Source: an uncultured virus (IMG/VR IMGVR_UViG_3300030673_000009) (lineage: Duplodnaviria > Heunggongvirae > Uroviricota > Caudoviricetes). From it: 20,000 bases of DNA. Numbering within the stretch: position 1 is the stretch's first letter; every line of letters starts with the position of its first letter. The translations under genes were made by a program, and so were the position numbers. Under the pieces are notes generated by a model. It saw only the letters and a program-made list of their open reading frames with translations, made no database searches and was not told the DNA's origin. Shown piece by piece: positions 8,579 to 15,346 of this stretch. The stretch lies in the IMG/VR virus record IMGVR_UViG_3300030673_000009; one strand, written 5' to 3'.

Positions 8579-8986
8579 TCAGGCCAGCAGGACGCTGATG
8601 AGTTCGCCGGCACCGCCGCCGGTGATGGCGGTCCCTGCCAGGGCCTTGCCGGAGACCCACTTGATGGCCTTGCCGGTGGTGTCCTGAGGGCTGATGGGGT
8701 CGCCCGCGGCGACTGTGGCTCCGGCCACCACGAACACGATGCCACGAATGGCGATCGTGGCCGCCTGGCCAGCGACCTGGGGCTTGGACTGGCAGACCCC
8801 GATGACCGGACCCTCGTCGGCGTCCGCGAGGCCCACAGTGGACTCCCCGGTCACCTTCACGAAGCGGTACTGGGCCTTGCCGTCGTTCGGGTTCGCCGAA
8901 CCTGGCAGGCCGGGAACACCGGTGTAGCCGGCAAGGCTCGCATCTGCGGCCAGCGAGACGGACCGGACGCCTTCCTCGAATGCCAT
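8579..8986 (-). CDS. Capsid cement/decoration protein (DUF2190-like), 135 aa
   Basis: YRFVKV...IGV...AGQAATIAIRGIVFVVAGATVAAGDPI...GKA...G.A...GELISVLL beta-rich pattern; directly upstream of the capsid gene. Confidence 0.8.
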   Translation of the reverse strand: MAFEEGVRSVSLAADASLAGYTGVPGLPGSANPNDGKAQYRFVKVTGESTVGLADADEGPVIGVCQSKPQVAGQAATIAIRGIVFVVAGATVAAGDPISPQDTTGKAIKWVSGKALAGTAITGGGAGELISVLLA

Positions 8987-8988
8987 GA

Positions 8989-10077
8989 TCAGATCCCCTT
9001 CTCAGAGATGTAGGCGTCGTAGGCCGCGGGATTGGCCTCGAACAGGGCGACGGTCGCCTGGGCGTGGGTCAGGTCGGACTTGCCGACCAGATCGTCCGCG
9101 TAGGCGTCCACAGCGTCGATGACGCTGGAGTTGGAGGACTCCCCGACGTAGCCGAGCTCGTTGTAGAGCGCGTCGCCGACGGAGTTGAAGAGCTCGTCGA
9201 TGACATCGAGCTGGTCCTCGTCGAGGACCTCCGCCATCGCCTTGAGGATCGGGCCGAGCACCTCGGGGCTGACCGGGAGGTTGTACGTCGCGGCCTTGGA
9301 GACGAACTCCTGGGTGATGCGGATCTCCCGCTCGCTATCGGCGTAGGCAAGGGCCTCGCGGGCCTCCGCCTTCGCGACCTCGACCTCACCCATCGCCTTG
9401 GCGATGATCTCCTCGCGGTCACGCTCGGTGACTGCCTTCGAGAGCTGCTCGAGCACGGTGTCTCCCAGTGACTTGTGGGTGTTGTGGCGGTGCACGGCGT
9501 ACGCGCTTCCGCCAGCGGCTGTGGTCACGGCCGCGGCCCCGCCGGCATCACGAGCGATCCGGCCCTTGTTGGCCTTGCGACCCTCGCCCTTGAACTTCAC
9601 GTCGCGCATCGACGTGCGGCGATCGCCGCGGAAGGCGATGTCGCCGGCGCCGGAGTCGGGCGCGTAGTAGTCGAGGGGGTTCTTGAGCTTGCGAGCGCCC
9701 TTGAACCCGACGTTCTTCATCTTGCCGGTGCCCCGGAAGGCCACCTGGCGCGGCGCCACGGCATCGAGAAGGCCAAGACCGGCCTTGCCGACCTCGTCGC
9801 CGTCTTCGCCGTCATCGTCATCCTCGACTGCATCCTCGACGAAGACGTACTCGTTTCCATCCTCGTCGTACACGACATCGCCGTGCTCGAGGGTGTCCAC
9901 GTCCACCGCTTCGCCCGTCTCTTCGTAAACTGCCAGATCCGGCATGGATCCCTCCAGTGGTATGTCGCCTCCAGCAGACTTGGAGAAGGCGATGAGTGAA
10001 TGCTGGTTCGCTGCGCGGTCGACTACGGAGACCTCGTCGATCTCGAGGTCGAACAGCTTCTTCACCGGCTTACTCAT
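8989..10077 (-). CDS. Scaffold-like protein with N-terminal protease-type EVSVVDRAAN strand and an internal basic insert, 362 aa
   Basis: Acidic helical C-terminal half; position between protease and capsid genes; GGGAG RBS; nine xxK[AS] motifs. Confidence 0.75.
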   Translation of the reverse strand: MSKPVKKLFDLEIDEVSVVDRAANQHSLIAFSKSAGGDIPLEGSMPDLAVYEETGEAVDVDTLEHGDVVYDEDGNEYVFVEDAVEDDDDGEDGDEVGKAGLGLLDAVAPRQVAFRGTGKMKNVGFKGARKLKNPLDYYAPDSGAGDIAFRGDRRTSMRDVKFKGEGRKANKGRIARDAGGAAAVTTAAGGSAYAVHRHNTHKSLGDTVLEQLSKAVTERDREEIIAKAMGEVEVAKAEAREALAYADSEREIRITQEFVSKAATYNLPVSPEVLGPILKAMAEVLDEDQLDVIDELFNSVGDALYNELGYVGESSNSSVIDAVDAYADDLVGKSDLTHAQATVALFEANPAAYDAYISEKGI

Positions 10078-10134
10078 GACGCTCCCATTCTGTAGCAGTC
10101 ACGAGCAGCCTGCATGAAGTCTTGAGGGGCATTT

Positions 10135-10866
10135 TCAGTTCCACGGCTTGTTCCGCTCGCTGATGCCATGGCGGTAGGCCGCTGCCGAGGCGATGGCCGA
10201 CAAGGCAGCAGCGCCTCCGTAGAGGGCGCCCTTGCGGCCGACACCGATCCGGGTGATGCCCTTGGCCTGCTTCATCCGCTCCGCCTGGGCGACCGGATCC
10301 TTCAGGGCCCGCTTCTTGCCCGCCGCGGCCACCTGCGCAGTCCGATCGATCTGCTTGCCGGTGTCCCGGTCGTGATGGGTGATCACCGTGTTCCGGCGAG
10401 CGCCCTCCCCGGCCACCAGGGCCGACCCGGCCAGCACGCCGGAGTACATCCCGATCCGACGCTGGCGATCGGCCTCCGCGTCGAAGCGGCGCTTGGCCAC
10501 GAACTCCAGGTTCGTCCCATGGTCGGACTTCACGGCCGCCTCCTTCTTCTGGTCGATCTGCGCGTTAATGCTCCGCCGGCCCATGACGTCGCCAGCCAGC
10601 TCCATGCCATGGAAGCCCACCCAGCCGGCCGCGCCGGCGAGCGCCGCCTTCTTCCCGGCACTCTTGGGAAGTCTCGGAACCCTACTGGCCACCGCAGCGC
10701 CGGCGTTCTTCACCGGCTTGGGCACCACCCTGCCCACCACATGACGCGTGCCATCCGGCAGCGAGGTGTACAAGGCGTGACCGCCACCGATGATGGCAAC
10801 CGTGTTCAAGGTGCGAGCCGTCTCCAGCTCAGCCCGGGACTGGCCCTTGCGCGGCTTCTCGCTCAC
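10135..10866 (-). CDS. Basic protein with Gly/Ala-rich hydrophobic segments, 243 aa
   Basis: Start revised to GTG 10866 (GTGA overlap, GGGGAG RBS; MSEKPRKG). Two halves are separated by AVKS...VAKR. Confidence 0.72.
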   Translation of the reverse strand: MSEKPRKGQSRAELETARTLNTVAIIGGGHALYTSLPDGTRHVVGRVVPKPVKNAGAAVASRVPRLPKSAGKKAALAGAAGWVGFHGMELAGDVMGRRSINAQIDQKKEAAVKSDHGTNLEFVAKRRFDAEADRQRRIGMYSGVLAGSALVAGEGARRNTVITHHDRDTGKQIDRTAQVAAAGKKRALKDPVAQAERMKQAKGITRIGVGRKGALYGGAAALSAIASAAAYRHGISERNKPWN

Positions 10867-11129
10867 ATCGTGCTCCCCACGCCCAAGGGCGAGTACAGCA
10901 TGCCCCGGCCCTGAGCCACGGCGTTCGCGTTGCGGGACATCCGGCGCTTCTGCCACGGCATGATCCGATGGCCCGTGCCACGGGAGATGCCGAACGCCAT
11001 CATCCGAGAGCCTGCGTACATGTCCAGGGGATCAACCACCCGAGCAGAGAACGGGGCCACGGCCCATGGAGGGATCGGCAGGGTCTCCGCCCGGCCGATG
11101 TCCAGCGCCTTGCCGATCATCTCCATCAC
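10863..11129 (-). CDS. Hypothetical protein, ~88 aa
   Basis: GTG 11129 overlaps the protease stop (ATG 11126 is an alternative start). MMEMIGKALDIG...; exactly fills the gap between coupled genes. Confidence 0.6.
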   Translation of the reverse strand: MMEMIGKALDIGRAETLPIPPWAVAPFSARVVDPLDMYAGSRMMAFGISRGTGHRIMPWQKRRMSRNANAVAQGRGMLYSPLGVGSTM

Positions 11130-11902
11130 ATGCCCACCAGCTCGGACTCGTCGACCTCGACCCGCTTGCCGCGGCCGTGGATGGAGAAGCCCGTGACCAG
11201 ACCCTTCTTGACCTTGTCCCACGTGCGGTCGTCCTCGACCTTGTAGCCCACCCACCAGCCGACCGGGGTGTCCGAGGGAAGGCCCATCTTCTCGATCTTC
11301 TCCGGGGTGATGACGAACGACTCGATCATGTTCGAGGCGTGGAATGGATTCTCCCCGTCGCGCTGATGCTGGTCCCCGCCCTTGCGGGACTTCACCACGT
11401 AGTCGTAGGCGGCCTTCTCCAGGTCCTCCGGAGTCATGTAGTCGCCCTGCCGGTCGATCACCGGCATCCCGTCGATCTCCACCACCGAGGCGTAGCCGAA
11501 CACCTGGCGCTTCTCGGCGTCCACCTTGGAAAACTCGCCCATCCAGATGATGCTCGAGGTGTCCGACTTGGATGCGGCGTCATCGGTGATGACCTTCTCG
11601 GTGTACTTCGGCCGCTTCTTCTTGTCCAGCTCGTGATGCCCGGCCGCTGCCGCGCTCACTGCCACCGGAGCAGCCACGGCCGCCACCAGACGGCCACGGC
11701 GGGTGCGCATCGCCCGGGAGACCAGGGAGTGGGTGGCCAGCTCGGAGACCTCCGGGCCCATCTTCACCACGCGCTCTGGGCCGTACAGGAACTCCCACGC
11801 GTCCTGAGGATCGACCGAGTCGCCCAGGAGCGTCTTGCACAGCTGCACGAAGCCCGGATCGACCTCGATGAGGGCGTTCACGGCTGTCCGCGAGTCAACC
11901 AC
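11126..11902 (-). CDS. Prohead maturation serine protease, XkdF-like (peptidase S78_2 type), with N-terminal extension, 258 aa
   Basis: EKRQVFGYASV...DRQGD...DLEKAAYDY...DQH...IESF...PVGWWVGYKVEDD.TW.KVKKG..TGFSIHG, with putative catalytic His and Ser. AGGAGG RBS. Confidence 0.88.
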   Translation of the reverse strand: MVDSRTAVNALIEVDPGFVQLCKTLLGDSVDPQDAWEFLYGPERVVKMGPEVSELATHSLVSRAMRTRRGRLVAAVAAPVAVSAAAAGHHELDKKKRPKYTEKVITDDAASKSDTSSIIWMGEFSKVDAEKRQVFGYASVVEIDGMPVIDRQGDYMTPEDLEKAAYDYVVKSRKGGDQHQRDGENPFHASNMIESFVITPEKIEKMGLPSDTPVGWWVGYKVEDDRTWDKVKKGLVTGFSIHGRGKRVEVDESELVGM

Positions 11903-11919
11903 GGTTCCTCCTAGGGTGC

Positions 11920-14424
11920 TCAGTCATCAGTATCCACGAACCGAAGGGCATATTCATTCACGATGAAGTCCGGAGTGTGCATGAGGACGTCCTGGCCGAT
12001 GCCGTGCTCGGCAGCCACCTCGTAGAAGGACCGGAACTTCGGCTCGCCGTAGATGACGGCCAAGGCCTTCCGTGCGCCCTTCCAGTCGGTCTTGTCACCC
12101 GTCACCATCGTGCGAGCCACCAGAGGACTGGACGGGGCGATGACCACCGGGATGTTCTTCTGCTCACCCGTGTCGAAGTCGATCCTGCGCTCGACGATCG
12201 GTGAGGCATTCGCCAGGTCGTCCACGTGGATGGACTTGCCGTTGAACAGGAACATGCCGTCCTCACCGGCGTCCTTGCTGGCGTCGACCATGTCCGAGAA
12301 GAAGTTCACGGCCATCGCGTAGGCCTCATCGACGCCAAGATTGCCAGTGTTCCTGATGACATGACGCTCGTTCGACGGCGTGCTCTTGGCCTCCCCACGG
12401 GCCTTGCCCGCCATCCGCAACAGCGCATCGGTCACCGAGGTGGTGCTGGCGTCCTTCAGCCGCAGCGTGATCTGCTGCTGCTCAGCCCACGGGTCACCCG
12501 CATCATTGAACGTGCTGAACCCGGCACCGCTGATGAAGGCAGCCTGAATGGCCGACTCCTTCGTCTCCTCGGGAGCGCTCTGGACCGCCTTCACCCGCTT
12601 GCGGGCATCGATCCTCGTCTTGCGTCCATGCGCCAGCCGGTCCTTGCGAGCACCGGCCATCCGGGCCTCCCGCTTGGAGGGCTTGCTCGAGGACAGGATC
12701 TGCGCCGTGGAAGCCTGCTCGTCGGCCTCCATCATCTGCCGCAGCACCGCGTAGTCCCGATCTGTCAGCACTGGGGCCTTCGGCGCCTTCCGCTGAGCCT
12801 GCTGGGTGCGGAACCGGTTCTTGGCCGCCTTCCGCTTCCGACGACCCTCACGGGCGTCGAACCCACTCGTCGGCTGGACACGATCCGGCTGGTCGTCGAA
12901 GCGGCCACGGGAGTCCCGGCGCACCTCGTTCTCGTCGAACTCGTCAGCCTTCGTCAAAGGGTCGTGCGGGAGATCCGGCGTCACCTTCGCGCTCGGCTTG
13001 TTCGCGTACGGCCGGTCATCCCACACCCGCGGGAACGCCCCGTCATTGTCCAGCTCCAGATGCAGCACCGGCATCGGAACGGCCAGGCCACGACGACTGC
13101 CCGGGTTCGCCGACGGCGCCCACCGCAGGAACTTGTCCTGCTGGTAGTCGTAGCCGTCGGAGTTCGTGGCGGCATTCTTCAGCGTGTTCAGACGGGCATT
13201 GCCAGCCATCGTGATCTCGGGATCACGCGGTCCGCCCTCGCTCGAGGCGAACGTGCCGTCAATGCTCAGCATGACGTACTCACTCAGCATCAAGCGCCGG
13301 TCCGGGTCCTGGTTGAGCCCCCTCAGCAGGCTCTCCATGTCATCCGGAGTCAGCCACGTCACCTTCGACGCCTTCTTGGAGTCGACGTTGCCCATGTAGA
13401 ACGACTCGCTCTTGAGCATGTGATCAGCCTGGTCCCGGGTGACCAGCGCCACCCGGTGGTCATCGAACTTGTGGCCCATGCCGCTGCCCTCGAACGGCTT
13501 GGCCAAGTCATCCTCGGGAGCATCGTCAGCACCGACTGAGCGCAGCTTGCGCTGGCCCTTGGCCTCCGCGATGCGCTGGGACCTGCGGGCGTTCAGCCGA
13601 TCCGCACGCTTGCTCCCCAGCTGCTCGGTGACCGGCTCCTGCTCGGCCTGCTGTGAGGCACCGAACTGGTGCCGGATCGCCGCAGCCAGATCCGCCAGGC
13701 CACCGGGCGCCTGCCGCTGGGAGCGCTGGGCCTTCTGCCGCCGGACGTTCACCGCGGCCTTGCGCTTGCGCCGGGCCTCCCGAGCCTCGAAGGCGCTGGA
13801 GGGCGTACCGCGCTCCGGAGCATGGGCGAACCGGCCGCGACCATCCCGCGGATGCTCGTCCGGGTCGAACTCCTCATCCATCGACTTGGAGACCATCGGC
13901 ATCGGGGTGCTCTCCCGACGGGCCACATGCGAGGCGAACTCCATCAGGACGCGATCACCGATGTCCGCACGCACGGTCGGGGCAAGCGCAGGCTTCCCCA
14001 GATCACCGTAGGCCTTCCCGAGCCTGTCCGCCGGCACCCCGTGCACCGAGGCCACCCGCTCGATCGCCGTCGGCCACGGCATCCCCGTGTTCGTCAGGGA
14101 CAGCAGCAGGCGCTCCGTGGCGTCCACGGCCTGCTGGTGCAGGTTCGAGGCCAGCAACTGCCCGTAGCGGCCCGAAGCGGCCCCCAGGACAGGCCGGGTG
14201 GCCTCACCCAGCGCTTTCGCCACCGGCTCGAGGTCCACATCGTCAAGCACCTGGTGCACCCGTGCCACATCCACCAGGGTGTGACGGCTCAACCGCTCCA
14301 GCGCCGACGAAGCGATGCCGTGGTACCCGAGTACCGCCGTACCCACGCCCTGCTCGAGATCGGAGTCGTCCACCAGCGCCAGCACCGCCCGCGACTGGTC
14401 GGCGTCCGCCCACCACCGGGTCAC
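11920..14424 (-). CDS. Large head-region protein with two tandem RDxxGRF-headed modules, 834 aa
   Basis: GTGA-coupled to the AAA gene, high GC3 frame, internal duplication visible at protein level. Confidence 0.8.
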   Translation of the reverse strand: MTRWWADADQSRAVLALVDDSDLEQGVGTAVLGYHGIASSALERLSRHTLVDVARVHQVLDDVDLEPVAKALGEATRPVLGAASGRYGQLLASNLHQQAVDATERLLLSLTNTGMPWPTAIERVASVHGVPADRLGKAYGDLGKPALAPTVRADIGDRVLMEFASHVARRESTPMPMVSKSMDEEFDPDEHPRDGRGRFAHAPERGTPSSAFEAREARRKRKAAVNVRRQKAQRSQRQAPGGLADLAAAIRHQFGASQQAEQEPVTEQLGSKRADRLNARRSQRIAEAKGQRKLRSVGADDAPEDDLAKPFEGSGMGHKFDDHRVALVTRDQADHMLKSESFYMGNVDSKKASKVTWLTPDDMESLLRGLNQDPDRRLMLSEYVMLSIDGTFASSEGGPRDPEITMAGNARLNTLKNAATNSDGYDYQQDKFLRWAPSANPGSRRGLAVPMPVLHLELDNDGAFPRVWDDRPYANKPSAKVTPDLPHDPLTKADEFDENEVRRDSRGRFDDQPDRVQPTSGFDAREGRRKRKAAKNRFRTQQAQRKAPKAPVLTDRDYAVLRQMMEADEQASTAQILSSSKPSKREARMAGARKDRLAHGRKTRIDARKRVKAVQSAPEETKESAIQAAFISGAGFSTFNDAGDPWAEQQQITLRLKDASTTSVTDALLRMAGKARGEAKSTPSNERHVIRNTGNLGVDEAYAMAVNFFSDMVDASKDAGEDGMFLFNGKSIHVDDLANASPIVERRIDFDTGEQKNIPVVIAPSSPLVARTMVTGDKTDWKGARKALAVIYGEPKFRSFYEVAAEHGIGQDVLMHTPDFIVNEYALRFVDTDD

Positions 14425-15332
14425 GAAGCGACCTTCTTCTTCCGGCTCGTCGGCACCAGGCGGCCCTTGATCGGATCCTTCACGTTGCCCGTGACGATGT
14501 AGGCGTTCATGCCGGCCTTCACGTCACCAGTGGTGATCGTGGACAGGTCACGCTTGGTCAGCGGCTTGCCCTGCGAGGTCTTCTGGTTCGCCAGGCGCAC
14601 CCGCTGGGCCGTCTCGATCTTCTCGAACAGGTTCCGCACGTCACCGGCGTTGCCCGCGCCCGTGTACTGCAAGGCATCCACCATCGCATGACGCACCTCG
14701 GTGGCCTTCTTGCCCGACCCGATCGTGTACTTGCCCTCCCGGGTCAGGCCCTGCATCACCTCGAACCGGTCATCCAGGCTCAGCTCAGGGAAGTTCAGCG
14801 TCGTCGGGAAGCGCCGGCGCATGCCCGTGTTCGAGTTCAGCAGAGTGTCCATCTCCGGGCCGTACCCCGCGAGGATGACCACCGTGTTGTCCCGGTGGTT
14901 CTCCGCCTGGCGCAGCAGCTCGGCCACGGCCTGCTGGCCGTACTCGTCGTTGTCGCCCGACACCATCGAGTAGGCCTCATCGATGAAGATGACGCCGCCG
15001 ATCATGCCGCCGTCGCCGGTCTTCTCGTCCCCCTCGAACAGGGCGCGGACCTTCGCCCCCGACTGGCCCTTGTACCGGGCAATCAGGTCAGGCCCGGAGA
15101 TCTCCCGGAAGCCCTCATCCGTCGCCGGATCCTTGTCCACCAGTCCGAGGGCGTGGTACAGCCGGCCGATGTCCCTTGCCACCGTCGTCTTGCCCGTGCC
15201 CGGGGCACCCGACATCACCAGGTGCATCGTCTTGTTCGACACCGGAAGGCCCTGGCGCTTGCGATCCTGATCGACCTCAGCCGACTGCGCCAGCTCCATC
15301 ACCTGCTGCTTGACCGGGGCCAGCCCGACCAT
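14421..15332 (-). CDS. AAA+ ATPase, CbbX/SpoVK/EccA family (303 aa from ATG 15332, or the C-terminal part of a frameshift fusion)
   Basis: MVGLAPVKQQV, HLVMSGAPGTGKTTVAR (Walker A), DLIARYKGQS, GGVIFIDEAYS (Walker B), VVILAGY, GMRRRF, GNAGDVRN. No convincing RBS before 15332. Confidence 0.92.
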   Translation of the reverse strand: MVGLAPVKQQVMELAQSAEVDQDRKRQGLPVSNKTMHLVMSGAPGTGKTTVARDIGRLYHALGLVDKDPATDEGFREISGPDLIARYKGQSGAKVRALFEGDEKTGDGGMIGGVIFIDEAYSMVSGDNDEYGQQAVAELLRQAENHRDNTVVILAGYGPEMDTLLNSNTGMRRRFPTTLNFPELSLDDRFEVMQGLTREGKYTIGSGKKATEVRHAMVDALQYTGAGNAGDVRNLFEKIETAQRVRLANQKTSQGKPLTKRDLSTITTGDVKAGMNAYIVTGNVKDPIKGRLVPTSRKKKVAS

Positions 15333-15346
15333 CGCGAAGATGCGGC

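Noticed and set aside
14421..15332. Type VII secretion locus or Rubisco activase function implied by the EccA/CbbX-like ATPase
   Set aside because: No FtsK-like EccC, WXG100, mycosin or Rubisco genes in the window; the context is purely virion morphogenesis.
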